Positions 1 through 7,512 of a stretch of 32,000 bases of DNA are shown here, in pieces. Within the stretch, counting starts at the first letter, position 1; every line of letters starts with the position of its first letter. Source of the DNA: an uncultured Opitutales bacterium (GTDB lineage: Bacteria > Verrucomicrobiota > Verrucomicrobiia > Opitutales > Intestinicryptomonadaceae). The position numbers and the translations under genes are program-made. The DNA lies in contig CAKTSY010000002.1 in the NCBI GenBank assembly GCA_934613415.1, positions 330,001-362,000 on the forward strand. Reading direction: 5' to 3'. The notes under the pieces are model-generated. The model was not told the DNA's origin, ran no database searches, and saw only the letters and a program-made list of their open reading frames with translations.

Positions 1-281
1 TCTTCCTTTTTTACTGCTTTAATCAACAAATCAACCGCGTTTTTGTTCCCGAGAAAAGCTGCGTACATTAACGGGGTTCTGCTTTCCGAATCGCGTCTAT
101 AAATTATAGACGGGTCTTTGGTTAAAGACTGCTTTAATGAATCGCAGTCTTCATCGTCAATATATTTAAATATTGTATCGTTTATAGATTCTTTTGTTGA
201 AATTGAGTCGAACCAATCTCTTATGAATTTAACATTCGGAATGAATTTGTTTTCGGCAAAGTATCTTTTTGTAGTTTTCAT
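1..281 (-). CDS. ankyrin-repeat protein, N-terminal part (gene continues past the left edge)
   Basis: Own reverse-strand translation from the ATG at 281..279: MKTTKRYFAENKFIPNVKFIRDWFDSISTKESINDTIFKYIDDEDCDSLKQSLTKDPSIIYRRDSESRTPLMYAAFLGNKNAVDLLIKAVKKE... The segment 'TPLMYAAFLGNKNAVDLLIKA' matches the ankyrin repeat core. It is absent from the ORF track because there is no stop inside the window. Confidence 0.65.
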   Translation of the reverse strand, partial: MKTTKRYFAENKFIPNVKFIRDWFDSISTKESINDTIFKYIDDEDCDSLKQSLTKDPSIIYRRDSESRTPLMYAAFLGNKNAVDLLIKAVKKE

Positions 282-356
282 ATTATCTATTCTATTGTCC
301 TTTTCCTAAGATTGTTTTTATACAGGCGCTTTTGTTGGAACAGTAGCCTGCAAAGG

Positions 357-542
357 TTATATCGCCAATGCAGCAAGAAAATCCATCTTAAGCCACCCAA
401 CATATGCTATTCCCGCAAATTTGTTCAGGCTGTTGTATTTTAATACAAGTTCGGGGGTGTTTCTCAATGCTTCTATCAAATCTGGCCCCGACTTAGGGGA
501 AAATCCGATTGGAAAGTTGGGGCTATTGTCTGTGTCGTTCAT
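357..542 (-). CDS. hypothetical small protein (61 aa)
   Basis: ATG-initiated ORF with an AAGG about 8 nt upstream. It lies 24 nt downstream of the preceding minus-strand gene and is co-oriented with the ankyrin gene. No recognisable domain. Confidence 0.4.
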   Translation of the reverse strand: MNDTDNSPNFPIGFSPKSGPDLIEALRNTPELVLKYNSLNKFAGIAYVGWLKMDFLAALAI

Positions 543-566
543 ATATCAGACCTTATATGCTAACGG

Positions 567-1187
567 TTATTGTGTTTTGTGCTTTTTTGTTTTAAAAGTC
601 AAATTTAATTTCTCGCATAAACTGCCGAATGAAATTGCTCTCAACAAAGACAGCTTTTCTTCCGTGATGGAAAATTCATCAGTGGACGGAATTACGGCGT
701 CCATTTCGCAGAACGGGCACGTAGCCGTTTGTTCTCTTTGCGATTCCATGTAGTATTCAACTTTGTTTGGCGAAAAAATGCGTCCGCAATGGTAGCAGCC
801 GCAAAGTTTCGACTTTGAAAGAGCCTCTTTGTTGTTGAGGGAAAGCCGGAAAATCTTGTCGAAATCTACGTCGTCATAGATTGAATCGAGCACTCTCTGT
901 GGCATGGGAATTGTGTTTTTTAGGAGGAATTTAAGGGCTTCCGAGTTTCGGATTTTTGCAATGTTTTCCAACACTTCCTGTTTCAATTCGGTCGATTCTT
1001 TTTCAATGAAGGTCAAAATTTCGGGGTTTCGTATTACAAATTCGGGCAAGGTTATAGTAATTAAAGACGACAAGGCAACCCAAGAGCTTTTGCAGTACGA
1101 GGCGGAAATGTCGGGCAAGAAAATCGGCATGGCTAAAATCACTCTGACGGGGTCTATTTCCGAAGACAGGGAAATCAACTCCGACAA
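567..1187 (-). CDS. hypothetical protein with C-terminal Cys4 zinc-ribbon-like motif (start uncertain)
   Basis: The C-terminal half reads ...LCGCYHCGRIFSPNKVEYYMESQREQTATCPFCEMDAVIPS..., i.e. CxCxxC...CxxC. The helical-looking segment LPEFVIRNPEILTFIEKESTELKQEVLENIAKIRNSEALKFLLKN looks genuinely coding. The track start at 1187 is a TTG. Alternative starts are ATG at 1130, TTG at 1049 and ATG at 905. Confidence 0.6.
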   Translation of the reverse strand: MSELISLSSEIDPVRVILAMPIFLPDISASYCKSSWVALSSLITITLPEFVIRNPEILTFIEKESTELKQEVLENIAKIRNSEALKFLLKNTIPMPQRVLDSIYDDVDFDKIFRLSLNNKEALSKSKLCGCYHCGRIFSPNKVEYYMESQREQTATCPFCEMDAVIPSTDEFSITEEKLSLLRAISFGSLCEKLNLTFKTKKHKTQ

Positions 1188-1299
1188 GAGGGAAGTTACC
1201 TATACATTCACTCTAGAACTTAATATGAACGGAACTTCGCGGTGGATTGGGCAAGAGCAAATCTCCAAACAGTCGGATAGAAGTTCGTTCGGGTTTTAA
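1108..1299 (+). CDS. possible small hypothetical protein (63 aa), conflicts with the N-terminus of the minus-strand ORF
   Basis: ATG at 1108 is preceded by GAGG with a 5-nt spacer. The product is MSGKKIGMAKITLTGSISEDREINSDKREVTYTFTLELNMNGTSRWIGQEQISKQSDRSSFGF. Its stop overlaps the next start (TAATG at 1297..1301), which looks like translational coupling to the lipoprotein gene. Confidence 0.3.
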   Translation: MSGKKIGMAKITLTGSISEDREINSDKREVTYTFTLELNMNGTSRWIGQEQISKQSDRSSFGF

Positions 1300-1523
1300 T
1301 GAAATATTTTATATTTGCATTGTTGCCCGCAGTTGCGGTTTTGCTGACTTCGTGCGAAAGCACGGGATTTAGTTGGGACGCTTTTTCGGAGTTTTTTACT
1401 CCCGGAGTAAGCGCCGAAACGCAGGTGCGTACTTGGGATGGCGAGCAAAAACCTCACGAAAAAACCGTTACAAGCGAACCCGCGTTTTTATACGATGCGC
1501 AGGCCAAAAAAGTTCAGCAATAG
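1299..1523 (+). CDS. small putative lipoprotein (74 aa)
   Basis: N-terminus MKYFIFALLPAVAVLLTSC is a hydrophobic signal ending in a lipobox-like LTSC. It is followed by a strong hairpin terminator. Confidence 0.6.
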   Translation: MKYFIFALLPAVAVLLTSCESTGFSWDAFSEFFTPGVSAETQVRTWDGEQKPHEKTVTSEPAFLYDAQAKKVQQ

Positions 1524-1547
1524 GCGGCAAAAAAAAATAAAACGATA

Positions 1548-1582
1548 AGTTCCGTATTTCGCAATACGGAACTATTTTTTTG
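1548..1582. terminator. bidirectional intrinsic terminator between convergent genes
   Basis: Perfect 11-bp stem agttccgtatt/aatacggaact (1548-1558 / 1563-1573) with loop tcgc. A T-run (1574-1581) follows on the plus strand and an A-run lies upstream, giving a T-run for the minus-strand symporter gene. Confidence 0.75.
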
Positions 1583-1614
1583 CGCCCAGTTTCGCTCCAG
1601 ATTTTTTGTTGAAG

Positions 1615-3087
1615 CTATTTTCTTTTGCCGATTGCAGCTGTAGCCATAAAGCCCGTTAGCAGGATTACGCAGGTGCCGACGGCGGGGATTGTGAATTTGT
1701 GCATGGGTATGCTTATGGGCAAAATTGTGCCGTCGCAAAACGTAAGCAACGCTATGGAAACTATGCCAACTGCCACCGCAAAAATTGCAATTTTTGGCGA
1801 AACTTTGGACGAAAATGTCATTAAAAACAGTCCCAACATTCCGCCGCTAAATATACCCGAAAGTGTCCACCAAACGTCTAATGCGTTTGCAGGTTTTGCA
1901 TATGCCAAAAGCAGCGCTATAAGCGTGCCCAACGCGCCTATTATTATGGTTGAAATCTTTAAAACCGCCATTTGGTTGATGGGTTTTTTGCAAAATCTTT
2001 TAAAAAAGTCGGTTAAAATTATGGTTGCCGACGAATTTAAACTGCCCGAAATCGTGCTCATGGCTGCCGCAAAAACGGCGGCAATTAAAAGCCCCTTAAA
2101 GCCAATGGGCAGCTCCGACACCATAAAGTAGGGGAACACATAGTCGGCATGGTTTGCGGCATATTCGGCGGGCAGGCGGCTTGGGAAAGACGCATAATAG
2201 CAAAACAACGCCGTTCCTATATAGAAAAATATTGCCGAAAGCGGAATGTAGATTAGCCCGTTTATCCACAAGCCCTTTATTGCCTCTTTGTCGCTTTTGG
2301 CGGTTATGTAGCGCTGCACATAATTTTGGTCTATGCCGAAATTTTGCAGGTTAATAAAAATTCCGTTTATCAAAACCACAAAGAATGTAGACTGCGCAAA
2401 ATCTAAAATATCGAAGCTTCCGAACGAAAATTTTGCGTTTTCGCCAGCAATTTTGCAGATGCCGCTAAAGCCGTCGGGCACAGAACAAGTTAAAATTAAA
2501 GCGCACGCGATAGCCCCAACAATTAGAACAACGGTTTGCATTGCCTCCGTCCAAATAACGGCAACAATGCCGCCTACAAAAGAGTATAAAATCACCGCCG
2601 CGCTCGTTAAAAGCACAATGTAGTATATGTTCCAGTTAAACAGCGCGCTCATAGGCAGTGCCATAAGGTAGCTAACCGAGGCAATTCTGGCTACCTGCGT
2701 AAGCAAATAGCAAATGTCGGCATAAAGCCTTGCCCAAGTTCCAAATCGGTTTTCCAAATTTTCGTATGCCGAAACGCTGCCTATTTTGCGGTAGAAGGGC
2801 ACAAAATAGCGTGCGGCAAAAAAGGTTGCAACAGGCATTGAAAAACACCAAACATAGGCGTTCCAGTTGCCTGCATAGGCTTTGCCCGTGTAGCCTAAAA
2901 AACTTATGCTGCTAACAAACGAACCCAAGATAGAAAGCCCCGTAAGCCACCCGGGCATTGCGCGTTTTGCCGCCGTAAAACCCTCTACAGTAGAGCTTTT
3001 TTTTAGCGAGGCAAAGCCAAAGCCCATTGTTGCAAAAAAATATAAAATTAAAACGACTGTGTCGGTATATGAAAAGTTTGCCTGCAT
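1615..3087 (-). CDS. sodium:solute symporter (SSS/SLC5 family) transporter
   Basis: 490-aa polytopic membrane protein. The N-terminus (VLILYFFATMGFGF...FTAAKRAMPGWLTGLSILGSFVSSISFLGYTG) and ...GIDQNYVQRYITAKSDKEA... are typical SSS family signatures. Substrate is not assignable from sequence. Confidence 0.88.
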   Translation of the reverse strand: MQANFSYTDTVVLILYFFATMGFGFASLKKSSTVEGFTAAKRAMPGWLTGLSILGSFVSSISFLGYTGKAYAGNWNAYVWCFSMPVATFFAARYFVPFYRKIGSVSAYENLENRFGTWARLYADICYLLTQVARIASVSYLMALPMSALFNWNIYYIVLLTSAAVILYSFVGGIVAVIWTEAMQTVVLIVGAIACALILTCSVPDGFSGICKIAGENAKFSFGSFDILDFAQSTFFVVLINGIFINLQNFGIDQNYVQRYITAKSDKEAIKGLWINGLIYIPLSAIFFYIGTALFCYYASFPSRLPAEYAANHADYVFPYFMVSELPIGFKGLLIAAVFAAAMSTISGSLNSSATIILTDFFKRFCKKPINQMAVLKISTIIIGALGTLIALLLAYAKPANALDVWWTLSGIFSGGMLGLFLMTFSSKVSPKIAIFAVAVGIVSIALLTFCDGTILPISIPMHKFTIPAVGTCVILLTGFMATAAIGKRK

Positions 3088-3167
3088 AAATTTTTGTAAT
3101 TTGCAAAACAGTGTTTGTTTTTAAGGCATATATGCAAGCCTTAAAGCCCTGCCGAAATTTTTTGCGC

Positions 3168-3196
3168 TTGAAACATATAGTATTTGCTACAATAAT
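3168..3196 (+). promoter_or_regulatory. candidate sigma70-type promoter (TTGAAA-N17-AATAAT)
   Basis: TTGAAA at 3168-3173, 17-nt spacer, AATAAT at 3191-3196. The predicted TSS is around 3203, at the ATG (3204) of the downstream gene. Hexamer matches in AT-rich DNA can arise by chance. Confidence 0.35.
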
Positions 3197-3203
3197 ACGG
3201 CAT

Positions 3204-3755
3204 ATGAAAGTTCGTTGCTTATTTTTGCTGTGGTTGTTTGCATTGCCTTGTTCGGTTTTTGCAGACATTGAAGACAGCCGCAAAAAGCAGGCAGAAAATG
3301 CCGAAATTATTGCCTTTTTAGGCGAAATAAACTCGCTAGATTTGGCAAAAACTTCGCAATACAACGAATCGAAGCACGAATATACATATAATTTAGCTAT
3401 GCAAAACCGCCTTTCGCGCTTTGGCGACCCATTGCAATTTGCAAAGGCTTTTGTTTTTGCGTATTATTTGGCGTGGCCCGGCAATGCATACGATTTGCAA
3501 ATAGACAGAATTTTTTGCGCGGTAGATTTGCAGTATATATTAAAATATAAGCATCACAAAAATTTTTTAGACGCGTTGGAGTTGATTGAAAGGGTAATCT
3601 GGCAAAATGCACATTTAAACGAGCAGTTTTCCGGAATTTTGCTACAGGCAAAAGACATAGACGCCGTAAAAAAGCGGTATAACAAAAGAATAAGGGAAGC
3701 CGAACTGCAAATTTTGCAAAGCATTCAATGGCAGGAAAAGAAAAAACAAAAATAG
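3204..3755 (+). CDS. hypothetical secreted protein (183 aa)
   Basis: Trimmed from track ORF 3111..3755 to the internal ATG that gives a classical signal peptide, MKVRCLFLLWLFALPCSVFA/DIED. No domain recognised. Confidence 0.7.
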   Translation: MKVRCLFLLWLFALPCSVFADIEDSRKKQAENAEIIAFLGEINSLDLAKTSQYNESKHEYTYNLAMQNRLSRFGDPLQFAKAFVFAYYLAWPGNAYDLQIDRIFCAVDLQYILKYKHHKNFLDALELIERVIWQNAHLNEQFSGILLQAKDIDAVKKRYNKRIREAELQILQSIQWQEKKKQK

Positions 3756-3765
3756 GAGCGTAAAA

Positions 3766-4059
3766 ATGAGAATATTGGCCATATTAAATGCTGTGTTTGC
3801 CGTAGTGGTTGCATATACAAGCATTATGCAGGTAGTTGACATGTATAACAACACAATGTTTTCTATGCGCGGCTTTAATATGCCAATGTTTATAATAACA
3901 CTGTTTTTGTTTATGGCGTGCGCCGTTGTTATATTGATACTAGAGCGCGGCATTGCCAAATATTTATATATTTTTGAATTTTTGCTGTATTTTGCGCTGA
4001 CAAAATTTGTGTCGCTGCCTATTACACAAATTATAGACAAGCTTTTGCAACTACAGTAA
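3766..4059 (+). CDS. small integral membrane protein (97 aa, about 3 TM segments)
   Basis: AGGAG Shine-Dalgarno 7-8 nt upstream, 10 nt after the previous stop. The product is highly hydrophobic with three hydrophobic stretches. The overlapping minus-strand ORF 3642..4040 looks like junk. Confidence 0.65.
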   Translation: MRILAILNAVFAVVVAYTSIMQVVDMYNNTMFSMRGFNMPMFIITLFLFMACAVVILILERGIAKYLYIFEFLLYFALTKFVSLPITQIIDKLLQLQ

Positions 4060-4210
4060 AGAAAGGGAAAAATGATTGGGCTGTTTGGCGATTATGCTTT
4101 TTAGCGCAAAAAACGAAAGCCGCTAGTGGTTTGGGGGCGTTTTTTTTGCAGTTTGCCTAATTTGATGGTTGGCAAATTGCTTTACACACTCTTTTTCAAT
4201 GTTTTATCGC

Positions 4211-4239
4211 TTGACAAGTTTTTGCAAAACAGCGATTAA
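4211..4239 (+). promoter_or_regulatory. candidate sigma70-type promoter (TTGACA-N17-GATTAA)
   Basis: Perfect -35 TTGACA at 4211-4216, 17-nt spacer, weak -10 GATTAA at 4234-4239. This would start a transcript around 4246, just before the ATG at 4249. Confidence 0.3.
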
Positions 4240-4248
4240 ATTTTGTTT

Positions 4249-4620
4249 ATGAGTTATATTGGCGTTATAATGCTTGCGGTGTTGTCCGCATTATTTTCGC
4301 CGCTTAAAAGCGCGGGCGTTTTTGCCCGCGAATATATGGGGGCGGTTAATACTTCGCCGTCGGCATATTGCGCCGAAAACGAGGCCTTTACCAAAGCCTC
4401 AGAAACTTGCAGTGTGATGTCGGGCAAAAAGAGGAAAGACAGAAAACGCCCGATTTCGCTATTCTTGCTTTTGCCGGTTTTGTTTGCAGCTCTTGCCTCA
4501 ACAAAATTCTACAAGCTATTTATATCTGTTTGCCGCTTTGCGCCGTTATTTGTTGCGTCGTTAAAGCGGGTTGCTTTGCAAAGCACAAGGCGTTCGGTTT
4601 TGTGCGTATTTACCCTTTGA
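4249..4620 (+). CDS. doubtful upstream ORF (123 aa from ATG 4249; track start TTG 4243) with hydrophobic N-terminus, upstream of secA
   Basis: MSYIGVIMLAVLSALFSPLKSAGVFA... is signal/TM-like. A basic patch KKRKDRKR and a second hydrophobic segment follow. There is no SD and the composition is odd (Cys/Arg/Phe-rich), so it may be non-coding leader RNA. Confidence 0.3.
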   Translation: MSYIGVIMLAVLSALFSPLKSAGVFAREYMGAVNTSPSAYCAENEAFTKASETCSVMSGKKRKDRKRPISLFLLLPVLFAALASTKFYKLFISVCRFAPLFVASLKRVALQSTRRSVLCVFTL

Positions 4621-4699
4621 TTTTGTTTTTGCGTTTACATTACACCATAGCGCGCGCGTCGCGCTTTAGCAAACACAACAAAATTTATAAGGAAACAAA

Positions 4700-7462
4700 A
4701 TGTCTTTTATAGATAAGTTCCTAGACGCAGTAAGCAGCAAGCGATTTATGCGTAAAGGACAAGGCGCAATAGCCAAAATAGAAAAACAGCAACTAAAATA
4801 CGCAAATTTTAACGCCGCCGATTTTGCGGCGGAAACCGAAAAGTTAAAGGAAAGGCTTGCCCTTGGCGAAAGACCCGAAGACGTGGCAATATACGCCTTT
4901 GCGCTTGTCAGACAGGCGGCAAAGTTTTTGCAGGGCACAAATTTTACGGTTTTAGGTCAGCCGCATACTTGGAATATGCAGCACTACAAAGTGCAGCTTT
5001 TGGCGGGTTTGGCACTGCTTAAAAATATGGTTGCCGAAATTGCCACAGGCGAGGGCAAAACGCTTATAGCCACTTTGCCCGCCTATTTTTACGCCCTATA
5101 CGGCAAAGGTTGCCACATTGCCACGGTAAACGAATATTTGGCAAAGCGCGACTGCGAATGGATGCGCCCCTTGTATTCCCTTTTGGGGCTAAAGTGCGCC
5201 TGCGTGTATGCCGACCAAACGTTGGAAGAAAAAAAACAAGCCTATTTGGCCGACATTACCTACGGCACTTCAAGCGAATTCGGGTTCGACTATTTGCGCG
5301 ATAATTCCACCGCCGAAACGCCGGAGGAAAAAGTGCAAAGGGGTTTCTTTTACTGTCTTGTAGACGAAGCCGACTCTATTTTGGTAGACGAAGCGAGAAC
5401 TCCGCTTATAATTTCGGGTCCGCAAGAGGACACTTCGGAAAACGCATACAAAACTTTTTTGCCGCAGGTTAAAAGTTTGGTGGCTTCGCAGGCTCAAATT
5501 GCAAACAGAACGGCTCGCGAGGTTTTAGCCGATGTGCAAAAAGGCGTAGAGGTAGACGATGCTTTGCTTAGAAGGCTAATGCAGGTAAAATATGCAGATC
5601 CCAAAAATAAGATACTTAAGCAGATTTTAAAATTGGGGGTTGTAAACGTAGCGTTCGAAAAGTTTCAGACAATGCTTACGGTTGCGCTAAGCCGCGCCAT
5701 TGTAAACGAAATTAGCGAGCATTTATACTATGTTGTAGACGAGCGTACCCACAGCGCAACGCTTACGGCAAAGGGGCAAAACTTCCTTTCGCCCGAAAAC
5801 CCAAACGCCTTTACAATTCCCGAAATAGACGGCAAGATTGCCGAAATTAGGGCAAGCAAAACAATGTCGCAGTCGGAAAAACTTGCAGCCGAGCACAAGT
5901 TGCGCGAGCTAAGCTTTGCGGCGTCGTACCGCATACATATTGTTTCGCAACTGCTGCAGGCCTATTCGCTATACGAAAGAGACGTAGACTATATTGTGCG
6001 CAACAATAAAATAGAAATTGTAGACCCAAACACCGGGCGCGTTATGGAAGGGCGCAGATGGAGCGACGGCCTGCATCAGGCGGTAGAGGCAAAGGAAAAC
6101 GTAAAGATTCAGGCAGAAGACGCAACGTATGCAACCATATCCATACAAAACTACTTTAAGATGTATAAGTTCCTTTCGGGTATGACCGGAACTGCAATGG
6201 AGCTGGCGCAGGAGTTTGCCGATGTCTACAAAATGACGGCGGTTGCAATCCCTACAAACAAGCCGTGCGTGCGCAAAGACCTGCCCGATTTGGTATATTT
6301 AACCCGCAAGGAAAAGTTTTTGGCAACGGTAAAGCTTATTGTAAACGCTCGCTTCCTGGGCAGACCCGTTCTTGTTGGCACTTCAAGCGTTGAAGATTCG
6401 GAATTGCTTTCGAAAATGCTGAAAATGCAAAACATTCCCCACAATGTTTTAAATGCCAAAAACGACGAGTTTGAAGCGAAAATAGTAGCCCAGGCTGGGC
6501 AAAAGGGGCAGATAACAATTTCGACAAACATGGCGGGCAGGGGCACCGACATTAAGCTTGGCGAAGGCGTAAACGAGCTTGGGGGGCTCTTTATAATTGC
6601 GGTAGACCACCACCATTCTCCAAGAGTAGACCGCCAGCTTATGGGCAGGTGTGCGCGTCAGGGCGACAACGGCGAAACGGTTTTTGTTGTAAGCTTTCAA
6701 GACGACCTTTTGCGCGTGCATGCCGATTTGTCGCCCTACCAATATGTGATGAAAAACAGGCACCAAGACGGCGTTCCCTTTAGCCACCCGCTAATTGCCC
6801 GTACAATAGCCAAGGCTCAGGAAAGCGTTGAAAGCGACTACACTGCAGCCCGCAAGCAAATGCTTAAGTTCGATAATCCCTCTAACAAGCAAAGGGCTGT
6901 TGCCTACGCTATGCGCGACGAAATTATTTTCGCCAAAGACCCCGATATGCTCTTCGACAAAAAATTGTTTGAGGCAATAGACAACGCCTGCGACGAATAT
7001 TTGCCCGAAGACGATTGCATGCCAGACGACAACGCTTTGCAAAGCGCGCTTGATATGATTAAATTGTGCGTGCCCGTGTTTGTGTCGGCGCAGTCTTTAA
7101 AGGCAATGAACGCAAAAGCCATAGCCCAAAAGCTAAAGCAAGACGCAAAAAGCTTTTTCGATTCGGCTTTCGAGAATATAGAAAATCCGTCCCAGGCTAA
7201 AAAAGAGGCAATGCTATATGCCATAGATTCGGCTTGGCGACGCCACATTGCGCGCCTAGACGACATACGCGAGGGCATATATTTGCGCTCGTACGCCCAA
7301 AAAGACCCCTATTGCGAGTTCGAGCGCGAGGCGTTCGATTCGTTCGAATCTTTCTTTAAAGACTGCCAAAGGGTGTTGTTTGTGGGGCTAAGCGCGCAAG
7401 TTTCGCTTTTAAGGCAGGTGCAAGCGGGCAAAAACGAAATAAGAAAATCGGTTGTAAGGTAG
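4700..7462 (+). CDS. secA: preprotein translocase ATPase SecA
   Basis: 920 aa. Walker A region MVAEIATGEGKTLIATLPAYFYAL, DEAD-like LVDEADSILVDEARTPLIISG, and TNMAGRGTDIKLG with the helicase motif VI region. SD AAGGAAAC lies upstream. There is no C-terminal Zn-finger tail. Confidence 0.97.
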   Translation: MSFIDKFLDAVSSKRFMRKGQGAIAKIEKQQLKYANFNAADFAAETEKLKERLALGERPEDVAIYAFALVRQAAKFLQGTNFTVLGQPHTWNMQHYKVQLLAGLALLKNMVAEIATGEGKTLIATLPAYFYALYGKGCHIATVNEYLAKRDCEWMRPLYSLLGLKCACVYADQTLEEKKQAYLADITYGTSSEFGFDYLRDNSTAETPEEKVQRGFFYCLVDEADSILVDEARTPLIISGPQEDTSENAYKTFLPQVKSLVASQAQIANRTAREVLADVQKGVEVDDALLRRLMQVKYADPKNKILKQILKLGVVNVAFEKFQTMLTVALSRAIVNEISEHLYYVVDERTHSATLTAKGQNFLSPENPNAFTIPEIDGKIAEIRASKTMSQSEKLAAEHKLRELSFAASYRIHIVSQLLQAYSLYERDVDYIVRNNKIEIVDPNTGRVMEGRRWSDGLHQAVEAKENVKIQAEDATYATISIQNYFKMYKFLSGMTGTAMELAQEFADVYKMTAVAIPTNKPCVRKDLPDLVYLTRKEKFLATVKLIVNARFLGRPVLVGTSSVEDSELLSKMLKMQNIPHNVLNAKNDEFEAKIVAQAGQKGQITISTNMAGRGTDIKLGEGVNELGGLFIIAVDHHHSPRVDRQLMGRCARQGDNGETVFVVSFQDDLLRVHADLSPYQYVMKNRHQDGVPFSHPLIARTIAKAQESVESDYTAARKQMLKFDNPSNKQRAVAYAMRDEIIFAKDPDMLFDKKLFEAIDNACDEYLPEDDCMPDDNALQSALDMIKLCVPVFVSAQSLKAMNAKAIAQKLKQDAKSFFDSAFENIENPSQAKKEAMLYAIDSAWRRHIARLDDIREGIYLRSYAQKDPYCEFEREAFDSFESFFKDCQRVLFVGLSAQVSLLRQVQAGKNEIRKSVVR

Positions 7463-7512
7463 CTTTTTTGTTGCAAAAGCTTTGCGTGTAATTTAATTAC
7501 TCGCAAAGCATT

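Noticed and set aside
3642-4040. 132-aa minus-strand ORF overlapping the small membrane protein gene.
   Set aside because: It has no RBS and reads as a low-complexity junk sequence. The plus-strand ORF has a strong AGGAG SD and operon context.
4431-4450. 'gaggaaagacagaaaacgcc' superficially recalls RNase P RNA conserved strings (GAGGAAAG..., ACAGAA...). I also looked for a tmRNA or 6S RNA in the 4060-4700 gap.
   Set aside because: The two motifs are fused with no intervening structure of about 300 nt. There is no GGUGAAA/GUAAGAGC core, no tmRNA acceptor end or tag ORF, and no evident 6S-type long imperfect helix. Resemblance is judged coincidental.
4368-4712. 114-aa plus-strand ORF overlapping the secA start.
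   Set aside because: The product is Cys-rich and implausible, there is no RBS, and it runs into the well-supported secA start. It is an alternative frame of the same non-coding or uORF region.
7461-7480. Hairpin agctttt/aaaagct directly after the secA stop, considered as a terminator.
   Set aside because: The stem is short and AT-rich with no following T-run. It also overlaps a candidate -35 (TTGCAA 7471-7476) for the next gene. Too weak to call.
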